Below, one piece after another: positions 24,668 to 36,389 of a stretch of DNA of 36,978 bases. This DNA comes from Octopus bimaculoides (lineage: Eukaryota). Numbering within the stretch: the first letter of the stretch is position 1; every line of letters begins with the position of its first letter. The notes beneath the pieces are model-generated. The model was not told where the DNA came from. It did no database searches and was given only the letters and a program-made list of their open reading frames with translations. A program made the position numbers and the translations under genes. The DNA lies in NCBI RefSeq assembly GCF_001194135.2, contig NC_068988.1:33214849-33251826 (forward strand), written 5' to 3'.

Positions 24668-25590
24668 GACAAAATAGCAAGTTAGGAAAATGCCGAACAG
24701 GAAATCTCCTGGACCGGATAGCATCCGTGGATTCCTGTTGAAATACTTTAAAAGTGTAGATTCAAGACTTGGGAAGCACCTACATAATTGTGTAGTGAAG
24801 AGGAATTTCCAGTTGGATGGCTGAAGGGATGACAGCTTATATAATGAAGGATAAAATGAAATGAACGTTTGTTGCAAGTACCGGCCGGATGTGCTTCAGA
24901 AGCTGTCAACAGACATCATCACTGCAAAATGTATGATAACTTGATTCAGAATGAGATGCTATCTCTCGAGTCGAAGGGATGTAGTAAAGGTTCTCAGGGA
25001 ACTATGAGAACAATGAACCTACTTGCTTTTGATTATAAATGCTCGAGGAAGACAATTACATTATGTATTGCATGGCTTAGATTAAAGTCACAGAAAGCCT
25101 ATGACATGGTCCTATATCTGTGGGTATCAAAATGTTTAAAAATGTTTTGTATAGCAGATTGTGTTATGAATGCAATGTAGTGTAGCATGCCTTTTAATCA
25201 ACAATTAAATTTTCATAGATGAGTTAAAGTTATTTGGCAAGATTGAAATACAGGTTGATTCACAGGTCAGAACAGTTCACTGGTGCTGTTAAAACATTGG
25301 GATGGATTGTGGTGTTGCAAAGTGTTTCAAACTGACTCTGAAGAGAGGCAGGTATGTATGTAGTAGTGGGATTTATTTATCTGATAGATTCAATTGATGG
25401 CTCTGAGGATAGTCGGTACAAATATCTGGGCATTGCGGATCTGAACAAAGTACTAAAGGAGAAGATGAAAGGTAATGTAAAGGAAGACTATCTAAACTGA
25501 TCAGAACTGCAACTGAAAATGGTATAGAATAGGAAGATATTGATTATCGCTAGCAGATACTGGGCTGTGTCGGTTATTCGATACAGTTCA
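24668..25590 (+). mobile_element. R4/Dong-type RT fragment, decayed, with an internal deletion near 25185
   Basis: VRKMPNRKSPGPDSIRGFLLKYF, KGCSKGSQGT, IAWL..KAYDMV, FIDELKLFGK, IGMDCGVAKC, YKYLGI and WAVSVIRYS. The GIFQGDSLSP segment is missing. Confidence 0.85.
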
Positions 25591-25604
25591 GCTATTACTA
25601 TTAA

Positions 25605-25811
25605 AGTTGTTGTTGTTATTAATATATCTGTTGTTGTTATTAGTGCTGTTGTTGTTGTTGTTGCTGATGATGATGATGATGTTGCCGTTGTTATTAATAT
25701 TACTGTTATTATTTGCAGTAATAAATATAACAAAAGAAACACCATCATTTGCAGTAGTAGTAACAGCACCCACAGCAGCTGCAGCAGGAGCAACAGCAGC
25801 AACAACAGCTA

Positions 25812-25885
<74 letters not shown>

Positions 25886-25900
25886 ATAGTAGTAGTAATT
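25605..25900. repeat. Compound (TTG)/(GAT)/(CAG)n/(TAG)n low-complexity tract
   Basis: Directly visible. Confidence 0.9.
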
Positions 25901-26349
25901 ATGCATTATATATTGCATAACATCCTTTGATGATTTTATTGACGTTGTAATACTAGCTCATTGCGTATGTTGTATGTACATCTGCATTTAGCACGATATG
26001 TTACAAAATGGCAAACGAGAGAAATATAACTAAGATTAAAGGAAATATATTTCTTCAGATCATGATATCACTAGAATTTAGATTTATAGCCTAGAATTTC
26101 GAAACTGCATAGAAATAATTTAGGTGATTACTTTCTTAAAATACATTTCATCAAAATATATAGATCAATATAACTGCATAAGAGCAGACGATTGTCAAAA
26201 AGAATTGACAAAGTCTATTAGAAGTAGGGATATATAACTCGAAGCCATATTCAAATTTACATTTCCTAACATTTGAGAATATAGTCACTATGAAATAACA
26301 ACTATAAATGTTAGAATATTTTTTTAAATCGCAGATTCAAACACATGCC

Positions 26350-26352
<3 letters not shown>

Positions 26353-26436
<84 letters not shown>

Positions 26437-26500
26437 GTGTATATAAGTGTGTATGCATGTGTATATTTATATATATATGTGATGTGTGTGTGTGTATGCG
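26353..26500. repeat. (TA)n(TG)n microsatellite
   Basis: Directly visible. Confidence 0.95.
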
Positions 26501-26839
26501 TGTACAAATATGTGTAGTATATACATTCCGAATATGTCTAGACGTGTATAGAATGATATATCAGTTAAATAAAGTTATAACATGATCTAGTTTTCACATT
26601 TTGCATAAACATTTTTGTTATGTTGAAGTGTTAAACATTAAAAAATATATTTCTTAATGTTCGTAAAGTTCAATTAGCGCTTTCATGCGTTCGTAGTAAT
26701 CATAAGATTTCAAAATATATTTAATTGACAGTTGAGTTCTTGACGACTGTAGTAAAATGACTGACTTCTTTGTTTTCTACCACTTGCAAGGCTCCAACAA
26801 GCCGAACTTTTGGAATACGGTTTGACCAATCCGCATTGA

Positions 26840-28085
26840 GTTTAAACGTCACGGTTTGCTGGGCATACTGATTTCACTGGGATAGATCCCGCCTATATTT
26901 TAACCAATTAACTTGCGATTACCGTATAATAGTATTATGAGTGAGCAAATCTAGTTGGTTTCGATCGTTTTTATTTGAAATGGTAGGAGTCTTCTGTATA
27001 TTTTTTATATTCATATGTTAAAGATATTTTTTAATCTACACTGGTTGTTATATTATTGCTGTTATGTCCGTTCTGAACAGGTTTGAACATTTTGATGAAC
27101 GTTTTTTTTTTAATCTTTCCTCCAACCTCACTTGTGTCATGTAATTTGTAGAAAGGAAAAATTAGAAACATTTTCTGATCACGCGTTTCTATATGATCGC
27201 CTGATGGAATTTTGGGAACATTAATATTCCGTATTTGTTGTCTGTGGACTCGTGAGCGTTCTGATGATGCATTTCCTGTCTCGCCAATTCGGACATTTAA
27301 TGCAGTAGATCAAACTTTTGCTTTTGCAGGTCATATCTGCATTTGCGAAAATCTGTTCATTATTTGTTCTAATAGATCTACCAGCATGCATGTATTGACA
27401 CGTTCCACATCTGTTATCATTACACTTGGATTCTCTGAATGTTTTATCCTATTTGTTCATATTGACTTTTGCCTTTGTTAATATTTTCTAAAGGTTAAGT
27501 GGTTGCACTTTGGTTAAGATAAATGTTTGATTGGCAAATTTGTTTTGATAATATTAAAAATGTTTTGGCGATGCGGATTGTGTGTTACTAGATACGATAT
27601 TGTGTTGATGGGTTCGTCATTCTCGTGTTGCCCTAAGGTATCTATTTTGCTCGCTGTATGCTATAAGTAGGTGCGGGTAATTTTGCTTGAGCAGAAATCC
27701 TTTGAGTTCTACAAGTTGTATGTTTCAGGTATCTGGATCATCTACTATAGCACAAATTTTCCTGGCTAGACAGTACAGCATTTTGTAAGTGCTGGGTGGT
27801 ATGATTTGAAATTTAGGTACTGACGTGTATCTGAGCTTTTATAATAAATATCGGTTGTGTTTGTGGTGTTGTTTTTAATTACCATTGTGTATAGAAATGG
27901 TAATCGTGTGTTGCTCATTTCACTTATGAATTTGCTACTAGGGTATAGATTGTTGAGGAGGGTGCTTAATTCTTCCAGAATTTCTAGGTTGCTGGTCCAA
28001 ATTAGGAAACAATCATCGAGGTATCTTTTCCATGTGTCCTCTTATTTCTTATTTCTTTTATTTTTTTTTTGTATATCTTGCTACT
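26840..28085 (-). mobile_element. PLE fragment: RT C-terminus, GIY-YIG endonuclease and 3' region
   Basis: Minus strand: TWKRYLDDCFLIW (YLDD at 28012-28023), RLPFL, YLNFKSYHP, then CNDNRCGTCQY..MTCKSKSLIYCIKCPN and RVHRQQI. Relative to the 18737 copy, an ~17-nt deletion removes the YV of the second GIY-YIG half-motif. Confidence 0.9.
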
Positions 28086-29582
28086 TGAGTTAGGAAGCAG
28101 AGGTCAGTGGACGTGCCGTAGAGGGTGTGGGCTAAACAAATATCTATCTCCAAGACATGTCATATAAGCATGAAATCCAACATAAAGATCCGTGAGCTTG
28201 TAGCACGATGTCGATACATATATTAATGCTTACAAACATCAATGAATATCTCAGTAACTTTATATATACTATACAGAAATGATTTCTGTCATTCAATAAC
28301 AACAAAAGACATAGGAATGAAAAAGATATATGACGTGTTTGTGTATGGTAGGAAAGCGTTTAAACTTCTAATATGAAATTTGAAAGATATTTACGAACTG
28401 TATTTGAAAAGTGTGCAACATAAAAAACGTATAACCAACATGAGAATACTCATTCGCAATAATTAATATCTACTAATGAAAATAAATGCGAATACAAATA
28501 CTTAAAATAATACGAATACTTATAGAATATACATACTTAAAAGCTACTAAAACACTTAAAAGACTTCATAAATATTCAAAGTACCAGCTTTTACACACGA
28601 AGCTAAAGAGTGACTAACTCAACGTTAAAGCACTTAAAATGCAACCGCCTGGAGAGAATAATACTTTGGAAGACTACAAAGCAAGTCAAGTGAACTATAT
28701 AAACAAACCGGCGTAAAGTTGAATGACGTCAATTTCACATTACTTCCTTCTTGATCATAATTTCAGACTTCACTGATACAAGTACATGCACAACGTTCAC
28801 ATACACCTTTCACACAAATATGGACACTGCTGTAATTATGTTTGCTGAGGTTGCGTCGTACAGGATTAACAAATCTGATTGTTCCGCTTACACATCCATA
28901 AGTAATAGTTCTGGTTGTCTTTTCTATTTTCTTCTTGAGGATGTCTAAAGATTTTCAATGTTTTAAGTTGAAAGTTGAGCTCTTGTGATCGAAAATATTT
29001 CAAACATGACAACACAGTCACTCCAAGGTGTGTATCATTCATGTCATATATCCTCTCATTTCCTAAGAGTCGTGTACGATACTGGAGTAAATTTCGCAAT
29101 TAGTTGTAGCAGGTTGAGTGATTGTACTCGTCGCTATACAATTCGCACGCTTAATTTAGTACTAACGGTTATGTATCTCCCAATCTACCGATATTTAACT
29201 GTTTGTAACATTGGCACATGTTATAGAATTTAAGGGAATAAAATATTGCATCATATCCATGCTACGTCTTGTATGGTAGATTTATTTACAGTATCCAGAA
29301 TGATGAATGGTAATGTTAGCACTGAAAACATTTTAAGTTCGAGCATAAAAATAAACAAAACAGAATACCGCCATCACGCTATACGTATTTATTTTTTCCT
29401 GTGAATCTGCTATTTTGTATTGTGTTGAATAGCGTAGCGTTTCCCCTTCCCTTATATAATTCAGAAGGTAATTATGAGTTATATATTCCACTATTGAATA
29501 ACGTTGCGCTATACCTATGGTTTAAGGATTTGGAGCTTTAGCCAAAAGCTTTTAAATGCATGTGCTGCCCAAGCATTTATAA

Positions 29583-29735
29583 GACGGCGAGCTGAGTGAA
29601 TCGTTAGCACGCCGGTCAAAATGCTTATTGGCATTTTGAACGCCTGTTTAATCTGGGTCAAATTCCGCCGAGGCCGACTTTGCCTTGAATCTATTCGAGG
29701 TCGGTAAATAAACAACATTTGAAACCAGTATGTTG
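29583..29735 (+). mobile_element. tRNA-derived SINE family B copy
   Basis: gacggcgagctgagtgaatcgttagcacgccgg (A-box-like) and gggtcaaattcc (B-box-like). It is the reverse-complement homologue of 17006-17213. Confidence 0.85.
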
Positions 29736-29946
29736 GATATTTTCTGATTATAGAAAGGCATCCTGTGTTATTATGTTTATGTTCTCCTTTCATGCCTGTT
29801 GAGCATTATTATAATATATGGAGAGTATTTGGTCCATTATTCCATACATGAATGAATTCCTGTTAGTATTCCTGCGCCTTGTATTGAATTCGTATTTTTA
29901 ATCTTATTCTTATTGTTGTTATTATCATAGCTGTTGTTGTTTTTCA

Positions 29947-30006
<60 letters not shown>
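29947..30006. repeat. (ATT)n microsatellite at the 3' end of the adjacent R4/Dong copy
   Basis: Directly visible. Confidence 0.95.
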
Positions 30007-30009
30007 TGG

Positions 30010-30700
30010 TGTTTTTGTTGCTGCTGTCATTTCACCTCTCAAATTCCTCGATTTCAATTGCTTCGGCTAATTATGTAAGAGCGGACAAGGACCTGTTGCC
30101 AAAACTCACAGGGTCTTCTTCCACGATACTTTACATTCAAGCACCAATCTCAAAATCCTCGTTGCCCCCAATAAAGCAGTCTTCTGAGTATGTTCTCCTC
30201 TCAAATTAATCTTAGTTACTCGAATAAGTTATCATCATTCATAGTGTGCCCGAATGTTTTACATGCGAATTCAATATCGTTGATACCCGGTCGCAAGCAA
30301 TTTCGTTTACATATCAAAAGCCTTTCTTAAAATCTTCAGTCCTCCTCACAGGATATTTGAATAAATGCAACTATAATAGTTACACCAATCTGAATAAGGT
30401 AACTAGCAAATGTGTTGATGACAATACTATGGATCTTGTAACAACTAGGATTACTTTCGTAGTAACCCATTCTTTTTTGTTTTGTAGTGTTGTTTAGTGA
30501 ATAATTCCATCGAGAATTGTCATGCCCTTTCTTTGATTTTCTATCTGTTTCTGGATATTAAGTTTCCATATTTCTGCTTCGATACTCCCATTCCGGTACA
30601 TTTGACGTAGTATGCACTTTCTTTTGTAGTCCCAGAAGCTGCTTTATATGTCATATTATTTAGCCTTCCTAGTCATATTAATTTTTACTTCTATCTCCAT
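30010..30700 (-). mobile_element. R4/Dong-type non-LTR element, 3' terminus, apparently with an internal deletion
   Basis: HTQKTALLGATRILRLVLE (~30135-30195) is the characteristic R4/Dong C-terminus, followed by a 3' UTR and an (AAT)n tail. The upstream EWVTTKVILV.. (~30390-30470) resembles the RT N-terminal region; that part is less certain. Confidence 0.7.
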
Positions 30701-31671
30701 TCATTATTATTGTTGTTGCTCTATTATTATAAGTCTAAATTTCGGGAGGTATAGTCGGTGAACCAAACTAAATTCGTCTATGAATTTTAATTCTTCGATT
30801 ATATTAAATTCAATGTACCAAAATCATGGTTCCCAGTTTCAGTACTCTAGCATTTAGATTTACACCACATTCCTTCCCGTTTATGTATTTATTTATTTAT
30901 TTATTTATTTTTGCTGTTGTTCAATTTCGTTATTCACATCGTTTTTATAAGTGTTATGTTTATCTTCATGTTTTACATTTTCATTATTGATATCATTTTT
31001 AGGTTTTCTGTGAAGACGCTCGAGTACATGTTCACATTTTTAGTAGTTGTTTTGTGCTCTTTCGTTATATAAGAAGAATTATACATAGATGTGTTAATAT
31101 CTAGTTTATCACTAATATTTTGATATTAGTGATCAGTTGTGTTTCTATCGACACTGATACTAGCTTATATGACTAAGCTACTTTTGTCTGAGACATACTT
31201 GTTTCTCTCATTATACCCTGCTCTGCTAAACATTTTATTTGTTAATAATAATCAGCTTCTTTGAAACATTCATCACTAACAGTTGTTCTAGAAATTCTGT
31301 TAATGAAAATATGATAACGGGATTTATTAAGATGATTCGGTTTCGAATCAATCGAGAGCACGATGTGTTTATGATATAGATGAATCTGTCCGGTGTTTAA
31401 TTCTAGAGTTAGAGCTAAGAAGTTTTAGATAATTTTCAACAAAAATTGATAGACGGTGCTTTCTTACACCTTCTATTTCTAAATTACGACAGTTTTAGTG
31501 CTTAATGTCATAGATTAATTAGAGAATGTTGCATTGCTTATTTCATTGACTGGTAAGTGGATAGCGAGTATCATTGATATTCCTTTGACTACCTTCCTAG
31601 CCAATAACTCGCCGGAGTGATACTGAGCTAATTGCTCGGAACACGTAGATCGCCACCGATATAAATACACA

Positions 31672-31785
31672 CACGCACGCGCACGCACACACACATACAC
31701 ACCCACACATACACACACACACACAAACACACACATACACACACACACCCATCACCCACACACACACATCACACACGTATGTATG
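31672..31785. repeat. (CA)n-rich microsatellite
   Basis: Directly visible. Confidence 0.9.
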
Positions 31786-33029
31786 TAACACTAGTTTTCC
31801 CTACATTTCTGGTTTCATAATATTTCTTTGACCGAAAACTGAACGTTAAAGCGTTTATATATTTTTTTCCGACAATCACTGAATATTCAGTCTGCAGTAC
31901 ATTCGTGTATTATAGTGAATTGACTAGTAGGTAATGATGTTGCACATTTCCCACATCCAGTATAACATTTTAGTAAACAAATAATCATATAGGATCGTAA
32001 TGAAATCTCTTGCTCGTTCCACAGGAGCTGACCTTATTTCATAACACGCACACAGTTGTTTGCTACCATTAATTTCTGTCAGACTACCTATTTCAATTTT
32101 AGAAACAATCATATCGATATTAATACACTTTAGGGACTAAATATAGCGTAATTACTTTAGATAGTATTTTCTATGAACGAAGCGAAATAAACGGCATCGT
32201 TATATGTTATGAAAGAATAATAGTTTTACAGAACTTACTAGAGTTCAAACTGCATTTCATATGATTGTGGAAGTTATTGCACACAAGAAAGAAAGTGTTA
32301 AAAATCATCTTTGATTGATGACCCTTGGGTTAAAATTCTTTCGGAGAAATGTTTACGGTGTGGAAGATTTTCAATTCCTATAAGTAGAATATAAAATCAA
32401 GACCATAAAAGAGTGTACCTAAAGATCTAAACATTTCTTAATGTTTCTTCTTTGAAAACCTCAATAGAATAGTTAATGTAATGTATTCGGAAAACAAAAG
32501 CGCATCTTCAAAGACAAGGCTTTGATGTTAACGAATAGTACACAGACATTGAAAATTTAACTGATGTAAATACTGTAATCTCTACAAGAGAATTCAAAGA
32601 TTGGAATGCTTAATCATGTTACTGAAGAACAGAAAGAAAAAAAAATCATTGATTTAACAATCTCTTAAAGAATTTATCAATATTATTGGAAATCTTGATT
32701 AAATTATACTTCGGAAATATCAAACGAAGAAAAGTGCTTATTCAATTAACAATGATTAGACGCCGTCGGAATTTGCCTTCGAGCGTTCATATGGATAAAG
32801 AAAAAATCTTTAATTCAAGGATTTTTCATTTCATTATAAATAGGTATATATATTTGGATGAAATCTACGCTAAAGGCTATTTAGAAAGTTATAATAAGAA
32901 TATAATCAGAGCGTGCAGAGAAAAATTCAAATTTGGAATAAATATGTGTGTATGTGTGCGCATGTGTTGGTGTGCCTATAAATGTGTGTGTTGGTATATA
33001 TGTCTGCTGGGATATCAGCCTGTGTTTAT

Positions 33030-33048
33030 ATATATATATATAAATGTA

Positions 33049-33083
<35 letters not shown>

Positions 33084-33093
33084 ATATCTATCT

Positions 33094-33164
<71 letters not shown>

Positions 33165-33200
33165 AACATATACATATATACATAGATATATACACAGAAA
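33030..33200. repeat. (TA)n/(ATCT)n compound microsatellite
   Basis: Directly visible. Confidence 0.9.
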
Positions 33201-33224
33201 CACACACATATCGACACAACAGTG

Positions 33225-33330
33225 CGGTTAACAATCTCACTGTGTGCGGCTCTTTTTGAATCTGGACAAATATTATATACTACAGCCTCGGGCCAAACGT
33301 TGTTTTGTGACTGAAAGTGGCAGGTAGAAT
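33225..33330 (+). mobile_element. SINE family A, 5' or central remnant
   Basis: tactacagcctcgggccaaacg..ttgtgactg resembles 14665-14700. Confidence 0.4.
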
Positions 33331-33565
33331 CTATAAAACCGCAGCATGTGCCTTTACATTGGTTTTTCTCCCCCATTGCTTAGTGCTGAAATATTTACAT
33401 TCTGTAGTTTCCTAGCTTCGGATAAAGAGTCCGATTGCGTAAGATAACAGACTTCAAAAATAAATGCTTGAATCAACTTCTTCGATTAAAAATCTAGTAT
33501 AGCAACTGTCAAATAACCAAGAAAATTAGAAAAAAGGTAGAAGACACACCTACACACACACACAC

Positions 33566-33876
33566 AGGTACATGGGGCGACAGTTTGAGTGTCGGGCTCA
33601 TAATCGCGAGGTAGTGAGTAGGTTATCGGAGTGGGTTGTGAGTTGTGTTCTCGAGCAAGACATTTTATATCACATTGCTCAGTTCCCTCAGCTGTAGAAA
33701 TGAGTTGAGACGTCATTGGTGCGAAGCTATATCTGCCTTTTGGATAACATCGGTGGCATTGAGAGGTAATGTTGGTATGCATAGGTGACGGCTGGTCGTC
33801 CACAAACAAATTTGCTCTTGTGCCGCAAATGGGAAATTTTTAGGTGCAGTCCCACGTTCATTCATGACGGAGGGTA
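33566..33876 (+). mobile_element. tRNA-derived SINE family C with a CORE-like central domain, near full length
   Basis: Degenerate tRNA head, then ctcgagcaagacattttatatcacattgctcagttccctcagctgtagaaatgagt, which resembles the CORE-type conserved SINE domain. It matches my recollection of an octopus SINE; this is not database-verified. Confidence 0.7.
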
Positions 33877-34885
33877 GTATTTATTCTTTAGCCATACATT
33901 TATATACTGAATATGGTTCCTTACACTTACATCTACATATACACTTACATTTACATATACATGCATACGTGAAAATGCGTATATTTATATGCCCATGTAC
34001 GCATAAGATGTTTATACACGCAGATCCACACACACACACACATTTTTGCATATAAACACGTAGACATTTATATTTGAAATTTATATTGAAAGGAATGAAA
34101 ATTCAGGCATAACATTTTATTATCTGATATCTTGTTTCAAGTACACGAGGTAATAGATCCCCACTGCCTCCATACTCATGCGATGCATTCACAATGGTTT
34201 TTAATCCATCGTTTTGATATTGCTTTGTAGCCACTCTAACATTCAGCGTGCTATCAATACGCTGTACCTGCACATTGACTACCGTTAGAGATGAAAACCA
34301 GAAATCAGGGTGCTTCATGTAATGGTGCAAATGAGACACAACTTACCAGACAAGTTTACCGACTACGTAATTTGTTACCAAAGAACAGTCTTTTCACACT
34401 ATGAAATATAGTTAAATTGTGGATGCATTGCAATTTATTCCTAGAAAATATGATCCTACTAATATTTTTTTTTTCGTTTTAATTGTTTTAATCTACCACT
34501 CAAACTTCGGCATAGAGGTACGCATCAAAACAATTAAGGAGAGATGTACGCTATTGTCAGTATGAAAATTAGTCATCATACAATATGTGTTGAATATCGA
34601 TTCTTGAATAATTTAAGGCTTTGGAGGAGAGTGACACTTTGCATTGACTGATATTTGGTTTCCAGATCATGCATATACGCACCCATTTCATCACCTCTCG
34701 TCGAAAAGCAAAATAAAAATAAACATTTTGCCATTGGTTTCAAACGCTTTAGAAAATCAGAGCGTGCTTCTCCAGTTTTTTTCCCTCCAATCATGTATCA
34801 ACAACCGATGTGCCTATATTGCTAACCTGGAACCTGAATTCCTTCAACAGCTTTTCTAAACGATGCTGACCTAAGACAATTCAAA

Positions 34886-35027
34886 GATTTTGAGCAGTCC
34901 CTCCACACGATTTAATTGGTGCTGTTAATTCATATTAGAGATCGCAATTGAATTGCGATTTTGAGCAGTCCCTCCACATGATTTAATTGGTGCTGTTAAT
35001 TCATATTAGTGATCGCAATTAATTTGC
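34886..35027. repeat. 71-bp tandem duplication (34886-34956 / 34957-35027)
   Basis: gattttgagcagtccctccaca(c/t)gatttaattggtgctgttaattcatattag(a/t)gatcgcaatt, nearly identical. Confidence 0.95.
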
Positions 35028-35484
35028 TGCTAATTCATAATACAGATCGCAAATGACAAGCACCACTGCTTGTTTAACTTTAATATTGCGTTTCCCTTCT
35101 TCGAATTCTTCATCGGTATTGCGTTTATTCATACCATCATCGCCACAGAAAATCCTGTAGGTGTCTGTGGATGGCCATCGACGCTCGTTAGTATGGATGC
35201 TGTTAATAGGAATGCTTTCAGAAAGTATTAACGAGTAACTTGACAACCAGCATTTACTACCAGAAGAACAGAAAGGTCGCAGAAAGAAAGCTAGAGGAAA
35301 GTATGATCTATTAGACATAGACAAACCAGTTCTAAGAGAAGTAAATGCTGGAAAGACAATTGTATCTATAGCATGGATAGATTATAGGAAAGCCTATGCA
35401 ATGATCCCACACTTATAGATATGTGAATGTTTGAGTATGTTCAGTATAGGCGGCAATATAAGAGAATTAATTAGCTTTAGCATC

Positions 35485-35566
35485 AAAAATGGAAAGTAGA
35501 TCTATACTCAGGTAAAAGTTAATATAAAAATGGAAAACAAATCTATACTCAAGAGAAAGTTAATAT
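35485..35566. repeat. 41-bp tandem duplication inside the R4/Dong RT
   Basis: aaaaatggaaagtagatctatactcaggtaaaagttaatat / aaaaatggaaaacaaatctatactcaagagaaagttaatat. Confidence 0.85.
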
Positions 35567-36250
35567 AGAAAGCGGAATTTTCCAGGGGGACTCGTTGTCC
35601 CCTTTACTATTTCTTCTATGTTTGACCCCGCTCAGTTTAGTATTAAGGAAAGCAAATACTGGGTATCAGCTCAGAAACAGTAGTGGAAATATTAACCATT
35701 TGCTCCACAAGGATGATCTGAATGAAGAAGGGATAGATTCCTTAATACAGACTGTAAGACTCTTCAGCAAAGATATAGGCATGGAATTTTTCATAGATAA
35801 GTGTACAATATTAGTCATGAGAAGGGGACAGGTAGTCAACAGCGAAGCATCAAGCTACCAGATGGCCAGAACCCTTGAAAGGAGGAGAGAGTTATAAGTA
35901 TCTAGGAGTATTAGAATCTGACAGAGTGCTAACTACAGAAATAAAAACGAAAATTGAGAAGGAGTACATCAGAAGGGGGAGGAAGCTAATGAAGTCAAAG
36001 ATAAATGGTCCGAATCTAATGAAATCTTTAAATAGGCAGTATCATTTCTTAGATACACAGCAGCTCTTGTAGATTGGACAATAAACTGAATTAGCAAAGC
36101 TACACAGGAGAACTAGGAAGGAATTCAATATGAATGGAGGACTCCACCCATGGGCAGGAGTAGCAAGATTATACCTACCTAAGAAGGAAGTAGATGAGAG
36201 TTAATATCAGTGGTAGACTGCATGGAGTTTGTGAGAGTAGATATAGACTC

Positions 36251-36389
36251 CTATGTAAGTAATAGTGAAGAATGTCTATTAAAATCTATGCAGGTAATAG
36301 TGAAGACTGTCTATTAAAAGCTATGCAGGTAATAGTGAAAACTGTCTATTAAAAGCTATGCAGGTAATAGTGAAGAATATCTATTAAAA
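36251..36389. repeat. 35-bp minisatellite (about 4 units) inside the R4/Dong element
   Basis: The unit aatagtgaagactgtctattaaaagctatgcaggt starts at 36261, 36296, 36331 and (partial) 36366. There are no spacers. Confidence 0.95.

Noticed and set aside
26955-26997. Minus-strand cagaaga..cgaaac at the expected hammerhead position of the third PLE
   Set aside because: The core is mutated and stem II does not pair. At best it is a decayed relic, and it cannot be supported from this copy alone.
32686-32940. ~85 non-repetitive open codons at the start of a track ORF
   Set aside because: No recognisable motif, no proper start or splice context, and the ORF continues into microsatellite.
1980-33259. 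Most long ORFs in the track (YIYI, CVCV, HTHT, ERER, poly-V/S/T/L)
   Set aside because: They are translations of di-, tri- and tetranucleotide microsatellites or run through N-gaps.
34576-34860. Possible Tc1/mariner transposase remnant or exon
   Set aside because: There is only a vague W....W..F resemblance in one interrupted frame, with no DDE motif or TIRs.
36251-36389. 35-bp repeat array as a CRISPR array
   Set aside because: The units are directly adjacent with no unique spacers, there are no cas genes, and the context is eukaryotic retroelement sequence.
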